NCBI GenBank assembly: GCA_022563655.1
Contig: JADFMW010000001.1
Location: 1-43,210 of the forward strand
DNA from: Pseudomonadota bacterium
GTDB lineage: Bacteria; Pseudomonadota; Alphaproteobacteria; JAAXGF01
Direction: 5' to 3'
Length of the DNA: 43,210 nt
The position numbers were made by a program, and so were the translations under genes. The notes beneath the pieces are model-generated. The model was not told where the DNA came from. It did not search any database and saw only the letters and a program-made list of their open reading frames with translations. Shown piece after piece: positions 18,483 to 26,647 of this stretch. Each line of letters opens with the position of its first letter. Within the stretch, counting starts at the first letter, position 1.

Positions 18483-19658
18483 TCAGTGGTAGGGATCGGC
18501 GGCGTCGCGCAGGCCGTCGCCGAAGAAGTTGAACGCCAGCACGATGATGATCACCGGCGCCACCGGCAGCATCAGCCAAGGGTAGAGCGCGACGACGTTG
18601 ATGTTCTGCGCCTCGTTGAGCAGCACGCCCCAGCTGGTGAGCGGCGGGCGCAAGCCTAGGCCGAGGAACGACAGCGCAGTCTCGCCGAGGATCATCGACG
18701 GTATCGACAACGTCGCCGAGGCGATCAGGTGGCTCATGAAGCTCGGCAGCAGGTGGCGGCCGATGACCCGGCGGGGCGAGGCCCCCATGAGGACGGCGGC
18801 GGTGGCGAAGTCTTCCTCGCGCAGCGCCAGCAGCTTCGAGCGCACGGCGCGCGCGAGGCCGGTCCAGTCGATCAGGCCGAGAATCACGGTGATGCCGAAG
18901 TAGATCAGAATCGGGTTCCACGTCACCGGCAGCGCCGCCGACAGCGCCATCCACAGCGGCAGCTCGGGAAAGCTGCGGATCACCTCGATCAGCCGCTGGA
19001 TGATGGTGTCGACCCAGCCGCCGTAATAGCCCGACAACCCGCCGAGGACGATGCCGAGGAAGAAGCTGATGGTGATGCCGAACAGTCCCACGGTCAGCGA
19101 AATGCGCGTTCCGTAGATGATGCGCGAGAGCATGTCGCGGCCCAGGCGGTCCGTGCCAAGCAGAAACAGCGTGCCGCCCTCGGCCGGGCAGATGAAATGC
19201 AGATCGCTTTCGAAGAGGCCGGCGTACTCGTAGCTATCGCCGCGGCAAAGGAAGCGAATGGGCTCAACCTTGGCGGGGTTGGGGGTGTACTCGCGGCGCA
19301 GGTTCTCCATGTTGAGCCGGTAGTTGTAGCCGTAGACGAATGGCCCGACGAACCGGCCCTCGTGGAACAGATGAATACCTTGCGGCGGTGCGTAGATGAA
19401 GCCGGTGTTGCGCGTGTGCAAGTCGTAGGGCGCGAGAAACTCGCTGATCAGGATCGAGAAGTACAGAGCCGCAAGGACGGCGCCCGAGATGACGGCGATG
19501 CGGTGGCGCTTCAGCTTGAACCACATCAAGGTCCACTGCGACGCCATGTAGTAACGCTCCTGCTCGGGCGTCAGGGCCTCGATCTCGTACGGGTCGAACG
19601 GCTCTCGCGAGACGTAGTGGCCGATGAGAGGGCTGAGATTGCCGGTCGCCTGGGACAT
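18483..19658 (-). CDS. ABC transporter permease (DppC/OppC/YejE-like)
   Basis: 391 aa beginning MSQATGNL. A permease EAA-type region is present (...ATAAVLMGASPRRVIGRHLLP). Its ATG shares one nucleotide with the upstream permease stop (TGATG). The track ORF to 20438 is an out-of-frame fusion artefact. Confidence 0.85.
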   Translation of the reverse strand: MSQATGNLSPLIGHYVSREPFDPYEIEALTPEQERYYMASQWTLMWFKLKRHRIAVISGAVLAALYFSILISEFLAPYDLHTRNTGFIYAPPQGIHLFHEGRFVGPFVYGYNYRLNMENLRREYTPNPAKVEPIRFLCRGDSYEYAGLFESDLHFICPAEGGTLFLLGTDRLGRDMLSRIIYGTRISLTVGLFGITISFFLGIVLGGLSGYYGGWVDTIIQRLIEVIRSFPELPLWMALSAALPVTWNPILIYFGITVILGLIDWTGLARAVRSKLLALREEDFATAAVLMGASPRRVIGRHLLPSFMSHLIASATLSIPSMILGETALSFLGLGLRPPLTSWGVLLNEAQNINVVALYPWLMLPVAPVIIIVLAFNFFGDGLRDAADPYH

Positions 19659-20701
19659 CAGCGCGTCATCCCTCCGTGCAGGCGGATGCGCGGGTCGAGC
19701 ACGGCGAGCAGCAGGTCCGAGACGAACACCCCGATGACCGTCAGCACCGCCAGGAACAGCAGGAACGAGCCGGCGAGATACATGTCCTGGCTTTGCAGCG
19801 CGTGCAGCAGCATCGGCCCGGTGGTCGGCAGCGACAGCACCACCGAGACGATGGCGGCGCCCGAGATCACCTGCGGCAGCAGATTGCCGATATCGGCGAT
19901 GAACGGGTTCAAGGCCATGCGCAAGGGGTACTTCAACAGCAGCTTGAAGGGATGCAGGCCCTTGGCCCGGCCGGTGATGACGTACTGCTTTTGCAGCTCG
20001 TCGAGCAGGTTGGCGCGCAGCCGGCGGATCATCCCGGCGGTGCCCGAGGTGCCGATCACCACCACCGGAATCCACAGGTGCTCGAGCACCGAGACGGTCT
20101 TCCCCCAGCTCCACGGCTCTTCGAGGTACTGCGGGTCCATCAGCCCGCCGATCGACGTGCCGAAGGTGACATTCGCGAAGTACAGGAGCACCAGCGCGAG
20201 CAGGAAGTTTGGCGTCGCCAGCCCGAGGAAGCCCACGAACGTAAGGCCGTGGTCCGCCCAGCTGTACTGATGCGTCGCCGAGTAGATGCCGATGGGAAAC
20301 GACATCATCCAGGTGAACAGGATGGTCGTGAACGAAACGATAAAGCTCAACAACAGCCGGTCGCCGACCACCTCGGTCACCGGCAGGTCGTACTCGAAAG
20401 AATAGCCAAAGTTCCCCTCCAGCATACCGAACAACCACAACAGGTACTGTTCGTGCAGGGGCTTATCGAAGCCGTACTGCTCGCGCAGGAAATTGATTTT
20501 CGCGAGGTTCACCGTCTCGCCCTGCGACTGGAGCTCGGCAACGTACGTCGTGAGGTAGTCGCCGGGCGGGAGCTGGATGATCACGAACGTGATCAGGCTG
20601 ATCGCCAGCAACGTGGGGATCATGATCAGGATGCGGTGAATGGTGTAGCCGAGCACGGCCGCGCTATCCTTCGCCGAAGGCCGGGGGATCCCCTGCCGCA
20701 C
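19658..20701 (-). CDS. ABC transporter permease (DppB/OppB/YejB-like)
   Basis: N-terminus LGYTIHRILIMIPTLLAISLITFVIIQLPPGDY is typical of the family. The start is a GTG at 20701 or 20656; it is not resolved. Confidence 0.85.
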   Translation of the reverse strand: MRQGIPRPSAKDSAAVLGYTIHRILIMIPTLLAISLITFVIIQLPPGDYLTTYVAELQSQGETVNLAKINFLREQYGFDKPLHEQYLLWLFGMLEGNFGYSFEYDLPVTEVVGDRLLLSFIVSFTTILFTWMMSFPIGIYSATHQYSWADHGLTFVGFLGLATPNFLLALVLLYFANVTFGTSIGGLMDPQYLEEPWSWGKTVSVLEHLWIPVVVIGTSGTAGMIRRLRANLLDELQKQYVITGRAKGLHPFKLLLKYPLRMALNPFIADIGNLLPQVISGAAIVSVVLSLPTTGPMLLHALQSQDMYLAGSFLLFLAVLTVIGVFVSDLLLAVLDPRIRLHGGMTR

Positions 20702-20878
20702 TTCGGGCGCCCGCCGTCAGGACAACCGCCATCCCACCTCCGAGCAGTGGCCCCGAAGCGGTGGGCGGGCGTTCAAGACGCGAAGAGCGTCGGTCGCGCG
20801 CAGGCACGACGCGCACGCTCGTCCCTCGTTTCGAACCGGTCGTTTCCTCTACCCTGTGCGGCATTGAGACGTATCCCG

Positions 20879-21028
20879 TTAGCCCGACGACATGCCCGTG
20901 ATCACGACGTGCGGCGGGGCGTATCCGTGGCCGCTCGCCGCACACGTACGGGAGATCCCGTTCGGAGTGCGCGCGAGGGCCGGAATTCCCGCCGCCCGCA
21001 CGCCGAGCAGGATCGCCGCGATCGTCAT
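20879..21028 (-). CDS. Candidate small ORF (49 aa) in the intra-operon spacer
   Basis: Hand translation gives MTIAAILLGVRAAGIPALARTPNGISRTCAASGHGYAPPHVVITGMSSG*. Of the 48 codons after the ATG, 42 end in G/C, as in real genes here. It follows an AT-rich promoter-like stretch. It has no clear Shine-Dalgarno sequence and falls below the track's length cutoff. Confidence 0.3.
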   Translation of the reverse strand: MTIAAILLGVRAAGIPALARTPNGISRTCAASGHGYAPPHVVITGMSSG

Positions 21029-21329
21029 AGTCTAGTGCAAAATTCTAAAGCAAAACTGTTGTCCCTAGTTTTTTGCCGCACGACCGTCCCGGTCGGTCGC
21101 CTGAGTCAGTTGCCGGTGAAAATCAATCAGAGCCGCGCGCCCGTCTGTGACGGCCGTCACAGTAGCGCGAAAAATTACCAAACATGCCGCGACGATCGTC
21201 GCCGTAGCGGCGTCGGACGGCTGTGTGCGGATGGCGGCATCGATCTCTCAAAGCTGTGGGGCGGCGGGCAAAATCGTGGCGCAGAGGCTCCCGCGTTGCT
21301 TCGGCCTTTTCGGCGGTTCCGGTGGTTGC

Positions 21330-21437
21330 CTGAGAAGAGCGGTTAACCTGAGAAGAGCGGTTAACCTGAGAAGAGCGGTTAACCTGAGAAGAGCGGTTAA
21401 CCTGAGAAGAGCGGTTAACCTGAGAAGAGCGGTTAAG
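21330..21437. repeat. 18-bp x6 tandem repeat (CTGAGAAGAGCGGTTAAC; five perfect copies, sixth ends in G)
   Basis: Read directly. The five junctions between adjacent units each form the 8-bp palindrome GGTTAACC, giving five copies at 18-bp spacing. The repeat is intergenic, between the SBP gene and the permease genes. Confidence 0.95.
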
Positions 21438-21447
21438 ATGTCGAGGT

Positions 21448-21484
21448 AAAAAGGAAAACCGGCGTTCGCGGTGAGCAGAACGCG
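21448..21484 (-). terminator. Weak terminator or attenuator hairpin after the SBP gene
   Basis: The minus strand reads GCGTTC-(10-nt loop)-GAACGC followed by CGGTTTTCCTTTTT. The stem is short and the loop large. Confidence 0.3.
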
Positions 21485-21520
21485 ATCCCCTTGGAGGGCC
21501 GGGGGGCGGGGGTCTTGCCC

Positions 21521-23494
21521 CTAATTCTGCCTCCGGTCCGCGCCATCCGCGGCGAACCAGAACGTCTCGGGCCGGTAGATGCCGAAGTGCGCGCCCGGGT
21601 CCCAGTTGTACACGCCTTCCACGGGCACGTTGCGTAGCCGGTTGCTCACCACGATCGGTTGCGGCACGCCGCTGATGATGCCGATGGTGAATACTTGCTC
21701 GGCGTGAATCTTGAGCATCTTGTGCCAGATCGCCTCGCGCTCGGCTCGGGTGGCCGCGGCGTACCAGGCGGTGTTGAGTTGGAACAGCTCGCGGGCCGGT
21801 TCGAGGTCGATCGGCTCGCCCGCGAAGCCGCTGGTCTCGTAGTACTGCCCCCACTTGGGCCATTGGTAGCCCTGCTGCGAGGTGGGCGCCAGCTCGGCCG
21901 GGCTCATGTCGGGAGTCGCCGCGCCGTTTTCGTAACCGAACCAGATCGCTATCTGTGTCTTGCCGGCGAAGATGCGGTTGCGGAACACCTCGCGCTGTGA
22001 CGGTCTGGTGTAGAGCTTGATGCCGGCCTTGAGCCAGCTGTCGTGAATAAGCTCGAGCACATCGGTCTGCTCGGTGTCTTCGCCGGCGGTCTCGACGATG
22101 ATCTCGAGCGGCCGGCCGCTGGGAAGCAGACGCACGCCGCGCTTGCCGCGCCGGATGAGGCCGATTTCATCGAGCAGCGCGTTGGCCTTGGCGAGGTCGA
22201 ACCCGGCCCAGGCCGAGGCGTACTCGGGTTTGTAGAGCGGGCTTACAGGCTGGACCGTGTTGTTGCCCTCGATGCCCAGTCCGTAATAGATCACCTGGTT
22301 GATTTCGTTGCGGTTGATCGCCAGCGAGAGCGCCCGACGGAAGCGCACGTCGCGGGTCAGAGCGCGCCACTCGGGGTTGGTTGAGTTGAGGTTGGGGTAG
22401 AGCGCCAGATGCGAGCCGCGCACCGTGCGCCAGAGCTGCACACGATAGTCGTTGCGCCGCTCTCCAGCCTTGAGCAAGGTGTAATGGTTGAAGTTCAGCC
22501 CGCGCGCCTGAAGGTCGGTTTCGCCGGCGCTGACCTTTGCCGGGATCAGCTTACTGTCGACCAGGTCGAGCAGCACGCGATCGATGTAGGGAAGCTGGCG
22601 GCCCGCCTCGTCGATCCGGTGGAAGTAAGGGTTGCGCCGGGCGATGAAACGTGTCGCCGGCACCCGGGTCGTGTTGACCCAGGGCTGCAATGTCGGCAGC
22701 TCCGGGTTGTCGAAGCGGTACATGTTGTCCTTGCTGTTGTACAACGCCGCCCAGCTGTGCTTGCCCGCTTTCTTGGCCCTTGTTTCGAGCTCGGCCAGAT
22801 CGGCGTAACGCTCATGAAAGCGCTTGAGGTAGTGCGCCGGGCGGTAGATGAACAATGGCGAGGCCCCGGCCAGCGCCGGCAGGAAGTTGGGGTTTGGCCG
22901 CGACCAGCTGTAGCGCACGGTGGTCTCGTCGATGACCTCGAAGCGCGGCGGTTCGCCGCCGACCAGCAGCACCTCGTGCGGGCCCGCCGGCGCCAGCTTC
23001 AGGTTTGTGGCGTAATCCTCCCAGTAGAAGCGGAAGTCTTCGCTGGTGAATGGGTGGCCGTCGGACCACTTGTGGCCTTTGCGCAAGCTGAAGGTAAAGA
23101 CGCGCCCGTCCTGGACCTCGAGCCGCTTGAGAATGTCGGGCACGAAGTTGTAGTTCTCGTCGTAGCGAACCAGCCGCGAGTAACCGTATACGACCAGCAA
23201 CTTCAGGTCCTTGGCGCGGCGCACCAGCATATGCCAATCGCCGCCGTAGACGCCGAGGCTGAACCGCTCGCTGGCGCGGACCACCAAGGGCTCGGTGGCG
23301 ATGCGCCGCGCCACCGGCGGCAGCTTGCCGGCGGCGACGTCCTCGGCCAGGAACGGCGGCTCGATCAGCTCGGGCGGGGCGGCCCCCGGGGTGTCTTGCA
23401 GAACCACGGTGTCCGCCACCGCGGGGCCGTGCGCCGCGGCCAGAGCGCCGACGACGCAGAGGACGAGGAAGTGAAGCGTTGCGAGTCGCTTCAT
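21521..23494 (-). CDS. ABC transporter substrate-binding protein, family 5 (peptide/opine/nickel type, long YejA-like form)
   Basis: Signal peptide MKRLATLHFLVLCVVGALAAAHG. The 657-aa periplasmic protein has family-5 character. Its ATG overlaps the ATPase stop (ATGA). Confidence 0.85.
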   Translation of the reverse strand: MKRLATLHFLVLCVVGALAAAHGPAVADTVVLQDTPGAAPPELIEPPFLAEDVAAGKLPPVARRIATEPLVVRASERFSLGVYGGDWHMLVRRAKDLKLLVVYGYSRLVRYDENYNFVPDILKRLEVQDGRVFTFSLRKGHKWSDGHPFTSEDFRFYWEDYATNLKLAPAGPHEVLLVGGEPPRFEVIDETTVRYSWSRPNPNFLPALAGASPLFIYRPAHYLKRFHERYADLAELETRAKKAGKHSWAALYNSKDNMYRFDNPELPTLQPWVNTTRVPATRFIARRNPYFHRIDEAGRQLPYIDRVLLDLVDSKLIPAKVSAGETDLQARGLNFNHYTLLKAGERRNDYRVQLWRTVRGSHLALYPNLNSTNPEWRALTRDVRFRRALSLAINRNEINQVIYYGLGIEGNNTVQPVSPLYKPEYASAWAGFDLAKANALLDEIGLIRRGKRGVRLLPSGRPLEIIVETAGEDTEQTDVLELIHDSWLKAGIKLYTRPSQREVFRNRIFAGKTQIAIWFGYENGAATPDMSPAELAPTSQQGYQWPKWGQYYETSGFAGEPIDLEPARELFQLNTAWYAAATRAEREAIWHKMLKIHAEQVFTIGIISGVPQPIVVSNRLRNVPVEGVYNWDPGAHFGIYRPETFWFAADGADRRQN

Positions 23495-25380
23495 GACGCG
23501 ATCTTGATCTGGTCGGCCGGGCCCGAGACGCGCACCATGTGGCCGCCGCCGAGGTCGAGCAGACTGGCCTTTGCCGAACCGTCAAGCGTGAACGGCGCTG
23601 GCCAGGCGGCCGGGTCCGAGCAGCGGTTGGCGGCCAGTGCACCGAAGTCCAGCCTGCGGGAGGGATCGGGCTCGGGCACCGCCGCCACCAGGGCCTTGGT
23701 GTATGGGTGCACCGGCTTGGTGAACAAATCCTCCTGCCGCGCGATCTCGATCAGCCGACCGGCGCACATCACGGCGATTCGGTCGGCGATATAGTTGACC
23801 ACCGCCAGGTTGTGCGAGATGAAGAGGTATGTCAGGCCGAGCTCGCGCTTCAGGTCCTTGAGCAGGTTCAGTACCTGCGCCTGGATCGAGACGTCGAGCG
23901 CCGAGACCGGCTCGTCGCAGATCAACAGATTCGGGTTCAGCGCGAGCGCGCGGGCGATGCCGATGCGCTGGCGTTGACCGCCCGAGAAGCTGTGCGGGTA
24001 ACGTCGCAGATAGCGCAGGTCGAGACCGACGAAGCGCATCAGCTGCTTGACCATCCAGGCACGCTCGTCGGCCGTGCCGATCCGGTGGATGACGAGTGGC
24101 TCGCTGATGATGTCGAACACGGTCATGCGCGGGTTCAGCGAGCTGTAAGGGTCCTGGAAGATGTACTGAACCTTGCGGCGGTATTCGAGCAGCGCGTCGC
24201 CCTCGAGGCTGAGCACGTCGGTCGCGTGTCCGCTGCCGTTGTACAGCACTTCGCCGGCGTCGGGGACGAGCGCGCGCATGATGATCTTGCTCGTCACCGT
24301 CTTGCCGCAGCCCGATTCGCCAACCAGACCGAGGCACTCGCCGCGCATGATGTCGAAGCTCACGTCGTCGACGGCCAAGTGGGGTTTAGAGTCCCCGCTG
24401 GCGAGCCAGCCGGTCTTGCGGCTGCCGAACGTTTTGCTCACGCCGCGCACGCGCAGCAGCGGGCCCGTCTCGTCGGCTTCCTTTGCAGGCGCCGTCTTGG
24501 GCGCGAGCGCCGTCGCGCTGCCCGGGCTGATTTCACGGATCGGCACCAGGCGCTCGCCGGGCCGCATGTCGAAGCGGGGGACCGCGTGCAGCAGCGCCTT
24601 GAGATAGGGGTGCTCGGGCCGGCGGAAAATGTCGTCGAGCGAGCCGCTTTCCATGACCTTGCCGTTGTACATCACGACGATCTCTTCGGCGACGTTGGCG
24701 ACGATGCCGAGGTCGTGGGTGATGATCAGGATCGCCATCCCGAGCTCGCGCTGGAGGTCAATCATCAACTTGAGGATTTGCGCCTGGATGGTGACGTCGA
24801 GCGCGGTGGTGGGCTCATCCGCGATCAGCAGCGCCGGCCGGCAGATGAGCGCCATCGCGATCATCGCCCGCTGGCGCAGCCCTCCCGACAGCTCGAACGG
24901 GTACGTCTTGAGCGCACCCACCGGGTCGGGAAAGCCGACCAACCGCAACATATCGGCGGTCATCTCGCGGCCGGTCCGGGTGTCGACCTTGAGGTGCAGG
25001 TGCAGCGCCTCGCCCACTTGGTCGCCGATGGTGTGAAGCGGCGACAGCGAGGTCATCGGTTCCTGGAAGATGATCGAAATACGCCCGCCGCGGATCGCCC
25101 GCATCTCGCTGGAGCCGGGGTCTAGCGCAGCGATGTCGACCTCGGTGCCCGGCTTGTCGGGGTCGGCGAACAGGATTTCGCCGCGCGCGAGGCGCGCCGT
25201 TTCGGGCAGTATCCCCATGATGGACTGCGACACGACCGATTTGCCCGACCCGGACTCGCCGACGAGAGCGACGGTGGAGCCTGGGAGGATGCGGAAGGAA
25301 ACCCCGTCGACCGCGGTGATGACGCCTTCCGGAAGGTCGAACTCGACCTTGAGGTCGCGAACGCGGAGCAGTTCGTCCAT
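23491..25380 (-). CDS. ABC transporter ATP-binding protein with two fused ATPase domains (DppD-DppF/YejF-like)
   Basis: Two Walker A motifs (GESGSGKS, GESGCGKT), two signatures (LSGGLRQR, FSGGQRQR) and two Walker B motifs (LLIADEPT, LLICDEPV). Confidence 0.9.
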   Translation of the reverse strand: MDELLRVRDLKVEFDLPEGVITAVDGVSFRILPGSTVALVGESGSGKSVVSQSIMGILPETARLARGEILFADPDKPGTEVDIAALDPGSSEMRAIRGGRISIIFQEPMTSLSPLHTIGDQVGEALHLHLKVDTRTGREMTADMLRLVGFPDPVGALKTYPFELSGGLRQRAMIAMALICRPALLIADEPTTALDVTIQAQILKLMIDLQRELGMAILIITHDLGIVANVAEEIVVMYNGKVMESGSLDDIFRRPEHPYLKALLHAVPRFDMRPGERLVPIREISPGSATALAPKTAPAKEADETGPLLRVRGVSKTFGSRKTGWLASGDSKPHLAVDDVSFDIMRGECLGLVGESGCGKTVTSKIIMRALVPDAGEVLYNGSGHATDVLSLEGDALLEYRRKVQYIFQDPYSSLNPRMTVFDIISEPLVIHRIGTADERAWMVKQLMRFVGLDLRYLRRYPHSFSGGQRQRIGIARALALNPNLLICDEPVSALDVSIQAQVLNLLKDLKRELGLTYLFISHNLAVVNYIADRIAVMCAGRLIEIARQEDLFTKPVHPYTKALVAAVPEPDPSRRLDFGALAANRCSDPAAWPAPFTLDGSAKASLLDLGGGHMVRVSGPADQIKIAS

Positions 25381-25844
25381 TACGCGTTCGCCGCTGATTC
25401 GTCGGAGGCGATTCCGAGGACGGCCAGGTTCTCCAGCGTCGGTGGGCTGAGGACCACGTGGTTGGCGCGCGCTGCGAACAACGCCTGGCGGGTGATGATC
25501 GGAAAGCCGTCGATCGACGAATCAAGCTTCACGGTGCGGCTCGCGCCCTTGAGCTTGAGGTGCATCCACCCTCCATGGCCGTCGCGTCGCGTTGAGTAAT
25601 AGCCGAGCGTCATAGCGTCTAAGTCTCGCCAGCGCAAGACCGCCCCGGCCGGCCCCACCACTCGAATCGCCTCGGTGGAGACCTCGATACGCGTCATGTG
25701 GCGAAAAGCGGTGCGCACCGCGAAGACGAGAAATAATGTGCCAAACGCGCCGAGGATATAGGCCATAACGGGTGCTGTGTGAAAAAACCATAAAGTGCCA
25801 AACAGCGCTATCCCGAGCGCGGCGCGGCCGTAGTCCGCAGCCAT
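25380..25844 (-). CDS. Small membrane protein (two TM helices plus soluble domain; possible bacterial-PH-like topology)
   Basis: 154 aa beginning MAADYGRAALGIALFGTLWFF. Its stop TAA shares one nucleotide with the ATPase ATG (TAATG). The longer track ORF to 26255 is Arg/Pro-rich and implausible. Confidence 0.6.
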   Translation of the reverse strand: MAADYGRAALGIALFGTLWFFHTAPVMAYILGAFGTLFLVFAVRTAFRHMTRIEVSTEAIRVVGPAGAVLRWRDLDAMTLGYYSTRRDGHGGWMHLKLKGASRTVKLDSSIDGFPIITRQALFAARANHVVLSPPTLENLAVLGIASDESAANA

Positions 25845-25870
25845 GGCACGGGTGGGGTAGCGGTGGCTGG

Positions 25871-26647
25871 TCACGGCCCGAGGCGCCGTCGCCTTGGCGC
25901 CGCGAAGGCATCCCTGGCGCTCATCCAGCGCGTTGCGGGATGTGCTGCCGTCGCCTCCAGGAACGCGCCGATGAATGCCCACGCCGCCTCGTCGTGGTCG
26001 CGATGGTGGCTCAAGAGGCCTGTGGGCTCGTCGCCGGCAGCGCGCGTCCGCCGCGCGCGCAGGTGCCCGACCGCCAGCGCGAGCGCCTCGTCGACGCCGA
26101 CGAAGCCGCGCGTCGCGCGCCAGTCGATGATATCGACGTGGGCGTTTACTTGGCGCAGGCCAGGGGCGGAGCGGGCGCGCGGGCCGTAGGTGGACAGCCC
26201 CGAGAAGCCGGCGCTGGCCAGACGGCCGACGAGTGCGCTGGCGATGCGGTTCCACGGCGGCACCAGCACGTCAAGCGCGCGCGCGCCGAACAATGCCGTG
26301 AGTCTGCGGCGGCCCGCGGCGAGCTCATCGAGCGCCTCGTCGGCGGAGCGCTCGGGGCCAAGCTCTGCCTTGCGTTTGCCAGGGGGCGCGTGGTTCAGGT
26401 GGGCGTAGCCGTGCTGGAGCACGTCGATATCGTCGCCGGAATCGACGCGGGCGGCGGTTTCGTCTTCGACCATTGCCGGGATCACCGCGAGCGCCAGGGG
26501 CGCCGCCGCCTGGGCCCGTAGGGCGAGCAGGCGATCGAGGGCCGGAATCGGCCGGGCGGAGTCATCGTCGCGCCACCACAAGGTGGCGGTGCGGCCTTCG
26601 CCGGCCCAACGGTCGAGTTCGTCGGTGAGCATGCACCAGTTACTCAT
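25871..26647 (-). CDS. Polysaccharide deacetylase (NodB-homology) family protein
   Basis: An Asp motif (WWRDDD) and a His motif (HGYAHLNH) are in the expected order. The start is at 26647 (overlapping the upstream stop by 8 nt) or 26632. Confidence 0.7.
   Translation of the reverse strand: MSNWCMLTDELDRWAGEGRTATLWWRDDDSARPIPALDRLLALRAQAAAPLALAVIPAMVEDETAARVDSGDDIDVLQHGYAHLNHAPPGKRKAELGPERSADEALDELAAGRRRLTALFGARALDVLVPPWNRIASALVGRLASAGFSGLSTYGPRARSAPGLRQVNAHVDIIDWRATRGFVGVDEALALAVGHLRARRTRAAGDEPTGLLSHHRDHDEAAWAFIGAFLEATAAHPATRWMSARDAFAAPRRRRLGP

Noticed and set aside
18462-18485. 7-bp stem CTGAGGC/GCCTCAG spanning the convergent stop codons of the cyclase and permease genes
   Set aside because: The stem is short, the loop is 10 nt and there is no T-tract on either strand. 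It may help termination but is not supportable as a terminator call.
18483-20438. 651-aa track ORF apparently fusing both permease regions; similar over-long ORFs at 9432-12143, 25380-26255, 26640-28007, 27797-29074, 29554-32184, 30792-32216, 32248-34971 and 40627-42213
   Set aside because: The upstream parts are open read-through stretches in the same frame, made of Arg/Pro-rich or otherwise implausible sequence. They would overlap the well-supported neighbouring gene, which lies in a different frame. Starts were trimmed to the first start codon that begins recognisable protein sequence and gives the short overlaps or gaps typical of operons.
21330-21437. Possibility that the tandem repeats at 21330, 36145 and 14346 are CRISPR arrays
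   Set aside because: The units are directly adjacent with no unique spacers, are far shorter than CRISPR repeats, and no cas genes are present.
21123-21863. ORFs translating the 18-bp repeat as (NRSSQV)n on the minus strand and (LRRAVN)n on the plus strand (21147-21449)
   Set aside because: They exist only because the repeat unit is a multiple of 3. The minus ORF overlaps the SBP gene out of frame. The plus ORF has unremarkable third-position GC and no Shine-Dalgarno sequence. The region is treated as non-coding repeat.
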